From the IMG/VR virus record IMGVR_UViG_3300005337_000002: a DNA stretch of 64,000 nt; one strand, given 5' to 3'. Shown one piece after another: positions 1-8,077 of this stretch. Both the position numbers and the translations under genes were made by a program. The notes below the pieces were generated by a model, which was not told the origin of the DNA, ran no database searches, and saw nothing but the letters and a program-made list of their open reading frames with translations. This DNA comes from a virus. How positions within the stretch are numbered: the first letter of the stretch is position 1; the number at the start of each line of letters is the position of its first letter.

Positions 1-172
1 GCGCCTGGAGCGTGTCAATGTGAAAGGTTATAGCGGAAGTCGCATCAGCGCGAGCAATTTCCAGACTGCGGATCTGGGTATCATAGGGAGCAGCAATGGC
101 ATGTACCTGCGCATAGAGGGCCGCGAGTTCCTGGAGGGATTGCAGCATCGCGGTCTCGTCATGGGGTGTCAT
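1..172 (-). CDS. Hypothetical protein, truncated by window edge; possibly related to 22693..23109
   Basis: ATG at 172 overlaps the ParB stop (ATGA). Reads MTPHDETAMLQSLQELAALYAQV...ARADATSAITFHIDTLQA, resembling AARDAGARQFQADIDALAA of 22693..23109. Confidence 0.55.
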   Translation of the reverse strand, partial: MTPHDETAMLQSLQELAALYAQVHAIAAPYDTQIRSLEIARADATSAITFHIDTLQA

Positions 173-927
173 ACCTGCACCTCCTGGGCAAGAAACACGT
201 CAATCACGTCGGCAATCACCGCGTCGCGCCCATAATCTGCTGCGAGGGTACGTAAATTGTCTAAAGCATCGGCCATATCTTGTCGCTTTCGGGCTGTACG
301 CGCTTCTGCATCCCGTCGCGCTTTCTCGGCGTCTTCTCGGTCGCGCTGGGCCTGCAACCACGCAAAGAAGGCATGTCGATCACTATCCAAGGCTTGTTTG
401 GGGGTTAGGCTACACTCAGTGTCAGCACAAAAGGCATTCCACCATTTATAAAACGTTGGCCTGGGAATGTTTGTTTTTTGTATAAACTCGACAAACCAAT
501 TATTTATCTCACTGAGACAAGGAGACATTTCTGCCAATTTAGACAAAAGCTGCCCAACCTCTGCAGCATACGCCTTCCGCTGGGCTTGGGTTAAATCCTT
601 GCGTGCGCTATTTTCCTGTAACTCAATCAGCGCATATTCCTCATCCGTCAGCCCTGCTGGCAAGAGATAGGCCTCAATCTCTTGCCAGCCCAGTAACGCA
701 CACGCTTCAAGACGATGCGCCCCAAAGACTAAATCGACAACCCCGTCCTGCAGATCCTCCTCCTCGTCCGAAGGCGCCTTCACCCCAATAGGCTGTAAGA
801 GTCCATGCCGTTCAATGCTTTGCGCAATGTCTCGCACACTGGCGGTATCGACAGGGCGCCGACGGGGGCCAATACGAACAGCCGCAATGTCTACCGTGAC
901 AAGCTCTATTCTACGATCCTCCATCAA
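169..927 (-). CDS. ParB/Srx N-terminal domain protein
   Basis: IAQSIERHGLLQPIGV...LVFGAHRLEACALLGW...ELQENSARKDLT motifs. Confidence 0.85.
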   Translation of the reverse strand: MMEDRRIELVTVDIAAVRIGPRRRPVDTASVRDIAQSIERHGLLQPIGVKAPSDEEEDLQDGVVDLVFGAHRLEACALLGWQEIEAYLLPAGLTDEEYALIELQENSARKDLTQAQRKAYAAEVGQLLSKLAEMSPCLSEINNWFVEFIQKTNIPRPTFYKWWNAFCADTECSLTPKQALDSDRHAFFAWLQAQRDREDAEKARRDAEARTARKRQDMADALDNLRTLAADYGRDAVIADVIDVFLAQEVQV

Positions 928-1481
928 AACAACCCCTTATTCATGCGCGAGAACAGGTCATCTGAGGAGATAATCACCAGCAGCCGATCATTCTCTAGCG
1001 ACTTATAGTAATCCAGATAACTCTTGCTAAATCCAGGGCCATTTAAAATGACAATCGCCCGATATGGGCTGGCCAGCAAAGACTCAATGATCAGCCGCAC
1101 CTTGGCCTCTGCAGACCCGCTGACTTGCTGCCATTTACATTCAAGCAAACACCCCTCAGGATATTTCGTGGGGTGCCAGATGAGAAAATCAGGAATGAGG
1201 AGGGTGTGGGTCACAGAGCGCAACCCACTTGTGCGCCACTGATGAATAAAAAAGGGCACAGTACGGCGATCTGGGAGCTCTCGTACTTGCTGATAGCCGC
1301 ACCGTTGCAGCCGATCGAGGACCCGATACTCCAAATCTTCCCCGTTCTTATTTGCCTGGCGCCCGGGCGTCATGCCTGCGTGGCGGACGATCTGTGACTC
1401 CGGCTCGACACGTGCCTCGCGGGATTCTTGGGACATCTCATGCGCAAAGACTTCCTGGCCGACATCCTCCTCAGCAGCCAT
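924..1481 (-). CDS. PD-(D/E)XK nuclease, candidate type II restriction endonuclease
   Basis: ANKNGEDLE...IPDFLI...LECKWQQVSGSAEAK. Start placed at MAAEED (1481), overlapping the MTase stop. Confidence 0.7.
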   Translation of the reverse strand: MAAEEDVGQEVFAHEMSQESREARVEPESQIVRHAGMTPGRQANKNGEDLEYRVLDRLQRCGYQQVRELPDRRTVPFFIHQWRTSGLRSVTHTLLIPDFLIWHPTKYPEGCLLECKWQQVSGSAEAKVRLIIESLLASPYRAIVILNGPGFSKSYLDYYKSLENDRLLVIISSDDLFSRMNKGLF

Positions 1482-2127
1482 GCGGCACCTCCGGGAGACG
1501 CAGGGTAAACCCAACTGACGTAAAGGTCTCAAGAAACGCGGGGGTTTGCGGACAGCGCGGGGCCAGATAGAAAAAGACCTGCCCGCGGGTATTCCCGCCA
1601 ATCGCTTTCCCATCGGGTGAGGTAAAGGCAATCCGCTGCCGGGGAAAACAGAGCGCGACGGCGAGGTGGCAGAGCAGCTGAAACCACCGCGTTTCGGTAG
1701 CATTGTTGACCAGCACAATGGCTTGCGCCACATCCCCCTGCGCACAGGCCTTCGCAAGCACCTCAACGGCCTGAGTGATGAGCGGCATTCCATAGGGCGG
1801 ATTCATCCAGACATTCACCCCGGTGGGATACTGCCGTTTCTGCATGGGATTGCGCCAGGCGCGATCCAATGCAGACGTGCACGGATCAAAGTAATAGGCC
1901 GCCTGTACCACCTCATTGGCAACATGGGACGAAAAGGGGTCGAGGTCAATACTCCCCATCACTGTTCGTGCCCGCTCAATAAAGCACGCGGGAGTATACC
2001 ATTCATCGCTATCGCGTACTGGCGTGCCTGGCTGGCGCCCCACATACCCAAGATGCCTCTTATTCGCCTGCGAGCCCGCCGCAAAAGAGAGCGCCATCTG
2101 TCCCATCCTTTCTCTATCACGTCGCAT
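1471..2127 (-). CDS. Phage Dam-family DNA N6-adenine methyltransferase
   Basis: DEWYTP, IDLDPFS, VWMNPPY and TETRWFQ motifs; start uncertain. Confidence 0.88.
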   Translation of the reverse strand: MRRDRERMGQMALSFAAGSQANKRHLGYVGRQPGTPVRDSDEWYTPACFIERARTVMGSIDLDPFSSHVANEVVQAAYYFDPCTSALDRAWRNPMQKRQYPTGVNVWMNPPYGMPLITQAVEVLAKACAQGDVAQAIVLVNNATETRWFQLLCHLAVALCFPRQRIAFTSPDGKAIGGNTRGQVFFYLAPRCPQTPAFLETFTSVGFTLRLPEVPHGC

Positions 2128-2134
2128 AGGCTCT

Positions 2135-2290
2135 CTAGTCCTTACCAGACCTGCGTTGACGCGCACGCGTTGCCAGCCATTCATCAATGAGCCGTCGCAT
2201 CAGCTCCGCAAACTTCAGGCCCGTCTCGCGCGAGGCCTGCTGTAAGCCCACAATTTCCTGGTCCGTCAGGTAGAGGGTGACACGTTTCAT
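2135..2290 (-). CDS. Ribbon-helix-helix (CopG/Arc-like) regulator
   Basis: MKRVTLYLTDQEIVGLQQASRETGLKFAELMRRLIDEWL; first gene of the MTase-nuclease operon. Confidence 0.8.
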   Translation of the reverse strand: MKRVTLYLTDQEIVGLQQASRETGLKFAELMRRLIDEWLATRARQRRSGKD

Positions 2291-2342
2291 GTACACAAGT
2301 ATGGCAGGCGTGGGGCGAACTGGCAAGCAGAACGATGGCGCT

Positions 2343-2624
2343 TTAGTCCTGCTGCGGTATCGGGGGATGGACGAAAAAGCCCGTGGGGCCGGTCGGGCGC
2401 GTCGGAATGCCAATCCGGGCACACAGCCGCGCTTCCTGCCCCGTCACGTCCATGGTGGCACCCTGGAGCAGATTGGCGCCGAGGGGGAGCGCAAAGACGA
2501 GGGGCCGGCCGCAGGTGGCACACACCGCGCGCAGATCGAGCATGCACGCGAGACTCTCCCCGTCTTGCGTGTCGGCGAGGCGATGAATCTGCACCGTGGC
2601 GTCAAAGGTCAGGTGGTCGCACAT
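2343..2624 (-). CDS. Phage-type hypothetical protein with CxxC
   Basis: MCDHLTFDATVQIHRL...AVCATCGRPLVF; AAGGAG RBS upstream. Confidence 0.6.
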   Translation of the reverse strand: MCDHLTFDATVQIHRLADTQDGESLACMLDLRAVCATCGRPLVFALPLGANLLQGATMDVTGQEARLCARIGIPTRPTGPTGFFVHPPIPQQD

Positions 2625-2719
2625 GCGCGGAGGCTCCTTGTGCATGGGGCATGGTCCATGGGACGTACAAAGGTAGCCCAGCGAGGGCGACGACGCAAGG
2701 CACGGGACGCACAAGAGGT

Positions 2720-2941
2720 CTAGTCGCTGTTTTTGCGCAGCACGACCTCACCGGTGTCCAGCACGACGAGTGCCACATGCCCGGCCAGCGCCAGATCGAG
2801 CATCGCCTGTTCGGTGCGAATGCCGTTGGCCCAGGCGAGGACATGCCGGGCATCTTCCTCCGTAAACGGGCTTCCCGCTCTCGCCAGTGCCAAGGTCAGT
2901 TGGATCGCTTCGGTCTTCGTGACCAACTGTGCAGGGACCAT
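2720..2941 (-). CDS. Hypothetical protein
   Basis: MVPAQLVTKTEAIQL...; starts immediately after the stop of 2944..3375. Confidence 0.55.
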   Translation of the reverse strand: MVPAQLVTKTEAIQLTLALARAGSPFTEEDARHVLAWANGIRTEQAMLDLALAGHVALVVLDTGEVVLRKNSD

Positions 2942-2943
2942 CC

Positions 2944-3375
2944 TCACTTCCCTTCTGTCTTCGGTTGTGTTCTTTCCCGCTGCCGCTGGATGGCGGGCAG
3001 CCATTGCGCATAGAGCTGCGCATAGGCCCCCTTGGGCATCTGTCTCCGGAGTCGACGCGACAGATCCCCGAACGACCGTAGCGTCGTATCGGTCCCCAAC
3101 ACCCATCCCATCGGGTACCACCCCCAGGCGAGCGCGACGCCTGCGCGGCACAAGGCATCCTCCAGGCGCGCACAGCGCTTGTGCAGATACCAGTAGTCAC
3201 CGGCGGCCAGGCCCTTCCCCGGCGCCGGTCGCCGGTCAAAGGTGAAGTTGACGGCCTCTACCGTCCGCTGGCCCAGGGTGAAAATGTCTACCGGTGCGCG
3301 ACAACAGCTACAGACCAGGGCCGTCGTCGGTTCCCAGCGCACGTTCATACCGCTCCGTAAGGTCAAGAGTGCCAT
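2944..3375 (-). CDS. Hypothetical protein, possible Zn-binding (CSCC...HKRC)
   Basis: 143-aa ORF with GAGGGAG RBS. Confidence 0.6.
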   Translation of the reverse strand: MALLTLRSGMNVRWEPTTALVCSCCRAPVDIFTLGQRTVEAVNFTFDRRPAPGKGLAAGDYWYLHKRCARLEDALCRAGVALAWGWYPMGWVLGTDTTLRSFGDLSRRLRRQMPKGAYAQLYAQWLPAIQRQRERTQPKTEGK

Positions 3376-3392
3376 AGGTCTCCCTCATGTGT

Positions 3393-3727
3393 AAGACGCG
3401 CGTCTTTTTTATCTCGCGCAAGACGGCTTCACATGCCTATGCGCGCGCGTGAAGAAGTCTTATGCGCGCGCAAGACGGCTTCACACGCGCGCGCATGTGT
3501 GAAGTGATCTACGCGCAGTAGGCGATCCGCAGGGTGTGTCTATACTGTCTAGCTGTACAGTTGAATGTTTAACGTGTCTGACACGAGACAGCACGCGAGC
3601 ACTGTCTATGATTTACAGTTGAGCTAGACACTGTGACACTCAGACATGATAGACACCTCATCCCTGCTCCCCCCTTCTTTTCCTGTCTATGATTTACAGT
3701 TGAGCTAGACACTGTGACACTCAGACA
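3393..3727. repeat. Putative replication origin with direct repeats and palindromes
   Basis: Perfect 45-bp direct repeat (3602-3646, 3683-3727), 19-bp direct repeat CGCGCAAGACGGCTTCACA (3415-3433, 3467-3485), palindrome AAGACGCGCGTCTT (3393-3406); lies downstream of the primase/helicase genes. Confidence 0.7.
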
Positions 3728-3741
3728 GCATAGACGTGGGT

Positions 3742-4263
3742 TTACGCTACTCCTGTCAGAGAAAAGACAACAGTTCTGCCGCGACGAGCACATGTGACAG
3801 TGCCGCTGTTTTCCAACTGGGTAAAGATCGTCTTAATGTCCTTGGCACTTGCGCCAAAGAGATGCCGTTGGATGCTGCGCACAGTGAAACTTTGCTCTTT
3901 CTTGAGTAACGCGAGCATCCGCTCTTCAAGCGTTGCCACCGCTCGTATCGGAATAATGCGGGGCATGCGTTGCCCTTGCCCAAGTGCAGGGACAGCGGGG
4001 GATACGCTTACGGCAGGCCACTGTTCCAAGACTTCTTGGGAAAGCTCAAACCATTCACCCCGTGCGTGAAATCCCGCATAGCGAGATTTTAATACTTGCT
4101 CCATCGTATCCATATCCTTTACCAGTTCTGCATATAAGAGTCGCACAGGGAAAGGCATCCCTGAGCCAAGTTGCTGGATACGGCGCGATACATGCGTCGT
4201 TTTTCCAACCTTGATATAGCATGTACCAACAGCATGCACGATATAGACATAGCCCGCTTGCAT
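3742..4263 (-). CDS. GIY-YIG (T5orf172/MUG113) domain protein with C-terminal winged helix
   Basis: GYVYIVHA...IKVGKTT...RRIQQLGSG...RGEWFEL. Confidence 0.85.
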   Translation of the reverse strand: MQAGYVYIVHAVGTCYIKVGKTTHVSRRIQQLGSGMPFPVRLLYAELVKDMDTMEQVLKSRYAGFHARGEWFELSQEVLEQWPAVSVSPAVPALGQGQRMPRIIPIRAVATLEERMLALLKKEQSFTVRSIQRHLFGASAKDIKTIFTQLENSGTVTCARRGRTVVFSLTGVA

Positions 4264-5933
4264 TAGTCCTCCTCTAGCGTTTCCTCATCAGGGGGCGCAT
4301 CGAGGGGCAACATATAGAGCGCCGTCCTGCCTTTGGGAATCATGATAATGCGCCCGACCGCGACCATCGCGTCGAGCAGATGTTTGAGATCACGGGACAT
4401 ACACCGAAACAGATGCCGCTGAATCTCGCGGGCGGTCATGGCGCCACAACTGCTGAGGAGATTCTCGATCTTCTCTTCCCAGATCTGCTCGCGCGAGAGC
4501 GGCTCACTGGCAGCGGCCAGGGCGAGCAGATGGTGCAGCATCGTCCGCCAGGACTCGGTGATCTGCTGCGCATAGGCCCAGTGGCGCATGGCAATCTGCG
4601 GCGCGTCCTGGAGCGACGCGAGGAGGATGGCAATCCGGAGGGCTTTCGCATGGAAGCGACCATAGCACGCACTGAGATCCGCCTCGACCTGCTTCTCAAT
4701 GATGAGCGTCGTGAGGGCACGGTTATACGTGTTGTAGGCCGCGCGCACCTCTGCGGGGAATCCAAGGACCTGGGGGGCAAAGGCTGGGCGCTGAATCCGC
4801 CACCGGCTTGCCCCTTTATGGGTGGTGTCCGCTGCCGGCACAATGGTACAGGCAGGCTCGCCGAGGCGCAGATGCCAGGCATGCAACGTCCGCACGAGAT
4901 CGCTGGGGAGGTCATCGAGTCCTGCCGGTTGCTCGGCCAGTGAGGGCTGCTCATCCAGGCAGGGTGTGATAAAGGCAAACCGCGGCCAAAACCCGTCATG
5001 CCACCAGGGACTTCCCGGGCGCATGTACGGGGCCAGATCGGTGGCCGTGGCACTACACAAGAGCGCGAGGGCTGGGTCCGTCACGCGTTCGAGCCCGCGC
5101 AAGAGGGTTTCGGTCCCAAAGTCCTCACTGCCGTCATCCAGGACACGCAAGATGCCGTGAAACTCGGCCATGACACTGTCGTGCCGCCGCATTTGGCCGA
5201 GCATGCTGCCCCACTCTTCGTAATACCACCCCCGCTGCCCCGCAAACGCGAGATCGTGCCGGCGCGTTTCCTGCTCAGAGCGGTCCATCCCTCCATAGTC
5301 CTCGTCAACGTAGCCACTCATGCGACGGATGAGGGCCTGGGGCGTAATCCGATCCGGGGTCAAGAAAAACTGACACCCGGCTTGCTTGAGCCCCTTGCGC
5401 GCAATGTGGGCTGTCGTGGTCTTCGTGTAGAGTGTGGACGGGGCCACCAGGGCGAGAAATAACATGGGAAATTCCGGTTTGCCGAGATGGACGCAAATCC
5501 GGCGGGCGGCAATGGTCGAAAGGAGCCACAGGCCGACCGCCTGATGAAACCCGGCTGCGGCCCGCGGCGCCCAGTGGCGCGAGTGGGCACAGTACAACTC
5601 TAGCCAGGGTGCGGCGTCGGCACCAAGCGCCGCATCGAGCCGGGCCTCAGCAGGTAACGCAGGGGTCAGGGGGGGTGCCGCATAGGGGAAGGCCCCGGCA
5701 ATCGTTGCCTCCAGCACCGCCCCGCTCTGGGCCGCCTGTTGCCACCCCGCTCTGAGCACGAAGGTATCCACGCCCTGTTTTTTGGCACTGGCAAGCAGGG
5801 GGCCGAGTCGGTACGGATCATCGAGAAACGGTGCCATGTAGGGCGCAATCGTCTTGTCATGCCAATAATGCGGATCGGCGCCCTGCACGAGCGTGGCATA
5901 AATCTGTTCCTGGTACAGCGTATAGTCAGCCAT
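4263..5933 (-). CDS. DUF3987/YfjI-family replicative helicase-like ATPase
   Basis: Degenerate P-loop LVAPSTLYTKTT, ITPQALI, YYEEWG, DGFWPRF and C-terminal wHTH; follows a primase Zn-finger gene. Confidence 0.75.
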   Translation of the reverse strand: MADYTLYQEQIYATLVQGADPHYWHDKTIAPYMAPFLDDPYRLGPLLASAKKQGVDTFVLRAGWQQAAQSGAVLEATIAGAFPYAAPPLTPALPAEARLDAALGADAAPWLELYCAHSRHWAPRAAAGFHQAVGLWLLSTIAARRICVHLGKPEFPMLFLALVAPSTLYTKTTTAHIARKGLKQAGCQFFLTPDRITPQALIRRMSGYVDEDYGGMDRSEQETRRHDLAFAGQRGWYYEEWGSMLGQMRRHDSVMAEFHGILRVLDDGSEDFGTETLLRGLERVTDPALALLCSATATDLAPYMRPGSPWWHDGFWPRFAFITPCLDEQPSLAEQPAGLDDLPSDLVRTLHAWHLRLGEPACTIVPAADTTHKGASRWRIQRPAFAPQVLGFPAEVRAAYNTYNRALTTLIIEKQVEADLSACYGRFHAKALRIAILLASLQDAPQIAMRHWAYAQQITESWRTMLHHLLALAAASEPLSREQIWEEKIENLLSSCGAMTAREIQRHLFRCMSRDLKHLLDAMVAVGRIIMIPKGRTALYMLPLDAPPDEETLEED

Positions 5934-6782
5934 TTAGCCTCCATATTCCGAGGCGAGCTGTGCCCAGAAGGCGCTCGGATTGAGGCGGGCCGTGACGAGG
6001 GCCTTGGTCAATGCGGCACGAATCGGCGGGGATGCCTGGGCTAAGGCCCAGACCTGAGCACGGGCTGGCACGCACGTCTCGATCCACGTAGGATCCTGCG
6101 CGATTCTTTCCGTCAGCAGCACCACCGCCTTGGCATCCTGCGATGGCTCGTCCCTGGACTGTCGCCCGTGCGTGCTGACGCGCGGTTCTCTGGGTGCGTC
6201 AGGCGGCACGGGCGGATAGGGGCATGCTGTCTCAGGATAGAGCACCTGCCAGACGACCGCTGGACTCATGCCGTGTTGATGGAATTGCTGTTCGACCCAG
6301 AGCCACTGCAGGGGATCTGTGGCTGCCTGTCGTAGCACGGCCACCAATCCATCGAGGTTCAGCATGTTCACATCGTCTACCACAAAGTCCACGGCGAAGC
6401 GCAGATCGACGGGATCGGCTGCGCCAGCAGGCGGCATGCGCATCGCCGGTGGGCGCTGGGGTTTCCGTTGGGGCACCGGTCCCGTATCTGCGAAGAGATC
6501 CCGTTCATGGATCGCGATGGCTGCACAGATCGCGTGGTACGTACAGCCGGCCCAACAGCGCAGCAGGACCCTGTCTCCTTCCCCACGCAGCGACAGCGAG
6601 GGCGAGGTATCGTCATGGGCCGGGCAGCGGACGTGCCACTCACGCCCCACGAGCCGCCCCCCGCCACAGCGGCGCACAATGGCGTCGATCCGGTCCTGGG
6701 TCGTACCGGTGAGACAGGGGGACGCGCCGGGTGCCCGGGCGGGCCAGGGCGTGTGGTGTTCTGGTGGGTTTTCTGGTATCAT
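5934..6782 (-). CDS. Primase-type zinc-finger protein
   Basis: CPAHDDTSPSLSL...LLRCWAGC. Confidence 0.75.
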   Translation of the reverse strand: MIPENPPEHHTPWPARAPGASPCLTGTTQDRIDAIVRRCGGGRLVGREWHVRCPAHDDTSPSLSLRGEGDRVLLRCWAGCTYHAICAAIAIHERDLFADTGPVPQRKPQRPPAMRMPPAGAADPVDLRFAVDFVVDDVNMLNLDGLVAVLRQAATDPLQWLWVEQQFHQHGMSPAVVWQVLYPETACPYPPVPPDAPREPRVSTHGRQSRDEPSQDAKAVVLLTERIAQDPTWIETCVPARAQVWALAQASPPIRAALTKALVTARLNPSAFWAQLASEYGG

Positions 6783-6887
6783 GTGGTCGAGCCTTTCTGT
6801 CTAGATATTTGGATCATGTTGACACCATGATTGCGGTCTGTACAGCCTGCGGGATTAGCCACAATCCCGCAGGCACGGTTGTTCCTC

Positions 6888-7175
6888 CTACCAGTCTTCC
6901 ACGTCCACCATAACTTTTGCGAGTCGTGTATTCCCATCATCGTGCTTCTCCTCTAGCCGTGCGCGCTTAGCCTGTCGGCCCAACAACAAGTCGGTGCTGA
7001 CCCCTAACACCTCCGCAATGGCTTTAATCCGTGAGGCGCGGGGATCGGGCGTGGTCCCGGCCTCAATCTTGTTGAGCGTATTGATACTCACATGGATGCG
7101 GCGCGCAAGTTCCGATTGCGACATCCCATACCAGAGTCGCACCCGTCGTATCCGTTGTCCCAGCGCTTCTGCCAT
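6888..7175 (-). CDS. XRE-family HTH regulator
   Basis: LGQRIRRVR...MSQSELARRIHVSINTLNKIEAG...IAEVLGVSTDLLLG. Confidence 0.9.
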   Translation of the reverse strand: MAEALGQRIRRVRLWYGMSQSELARRIHVSINTLNKIEAGTTPDPRASRIKAIAEVLGVSTDLLLGRQAKRARLEEKHDDGNTRLAKVMVDVEDW

Positions 7176-7215
7176 CGATTCGTCTCCTCTAGAGTGTGAT
7201 ACAAGCCTTCGATAT

Positions 7216-7294
7216 AAGTATAGACATTTTTTACAAGAATGTACATTCTTTTCTCTTTTTTTGCTTACATATTTACAATAAAATGTATATACTT
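7216..7294. promoter_or_regulatory. AT-rich divergent promoter/operator
   Basis: Inverted repeat AAGTATAGACATTTT (7216-7230) / AAAATGTATATACTT (7280-7294), one mismatch; perfect 16-bp palindrome AAGAATGTACATTCTT (7235-7250); -10 TATACT at 7288. Confidence 0.7.
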
Positions 7295-7380
7295 GAGACA
7301 TAAGAAAGGCGGAAGGAGCTACTTGCCTGCAGTACCTTCCGCCTCCGGTGTCCCGAACCCCTTGTGCAAGGAGTCAGACC

Positions 7381-7661
7381 ATGCAGACGCTACCACAGAC
7401 CGCACCGCACCGCACCGCAAGCCGGCCACAGCGTACTATGCCCTACTCGACGAGGATCATGGCGTGCTCGCGCAACTGGACGATGGCGTGATCTCTTTCC
7501 TCAACGACGTGATGGATACGCTGATGGTCCTGGAGCCGCAGATGTGTCCCTGGGTCACGATTCTTGGCGAGGTGGGCGTAGCGGATCTCGCACTGGCACA
7601 GGATACGATCCGTGGAGGATACGTCACGATTGCCTCTACACGCTCGCAGGAGGTGCGATAA
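7381..7661 (+). pseudogene. Small gene frameshifted at a (CCGCA)4 tract
   Basis: AAGGAG RBS and ATG at 7381. Removing one CCGCA unit (7400-7419) gives MQTLPQTAPHRKPATAYYALLDEDHG... to the stop at 7661. Confidence 0.65.
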
Positions 7662-7885
7662 TGTATGCGCTTATTGGCTATGGAGACCAGATACTCGGTC
7701 AGCGACCTCGCACGCGGCTGGCCCGTCTAGACGACGGTCCGCTTGTGACGTGGGATGGCCTGGGGTGGGTCCTGCACCCCTCTCCCCGTGCGACCCTCAC
7801 GGTCTATGCAACCTGGGACCGGTGCCCTGACGACGTACAGGTGCGCCATCTCCAGCGGTTGCTACCCGTCATGCCTCCTGCGTAA
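7661..7885 (+). CDS. Hypothetical protein
   Basis: TAATG overlap and AGGAGG RBS; MYALIGYGDQILG... Confidence 0.65.
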   Translation: MYALIGYGDQILGQRPRTRLARLDDGPLVTWDGLGWVLHPSPRATLTVYATWDRCPDDVQVRHLQRLLPVMPPA

Positions 7886-8019
7886 GCCTGCTGCATGTCC
7901 TGCGACGGATGAGTGTTGTGCGCTCATCCGTCGCTCCTGTGTGCCTCTCTTGCGCCCTAGGATCAATGCTGAGCGTGGCAGGTGCCTTCCTAGGGGGTAG
8001 AGACGTTTGACGCTTCTAT

Positions 8020-8052
8020 GCGCTCCTCGGCGGTCTCAGGGCGCTTTTTTTT
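8020..8052 (+). terminator. Probable intrinsic terminator
   Basis: GCGCTCCT...AGGGCGC stem followed by T8, between convergent genes. Confidence 0.45.
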
Positions 8053-8077
8053 GCCTCTCGCATACCCGCCATCCTGT

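Noticed and set aside
3602-3727. 45-bp repeat, 36-bp spacer, repeat as a mini CRISPR array
   Set aside because: Only two copies, no cas genes, and the context next to replication genes fits an origin better.
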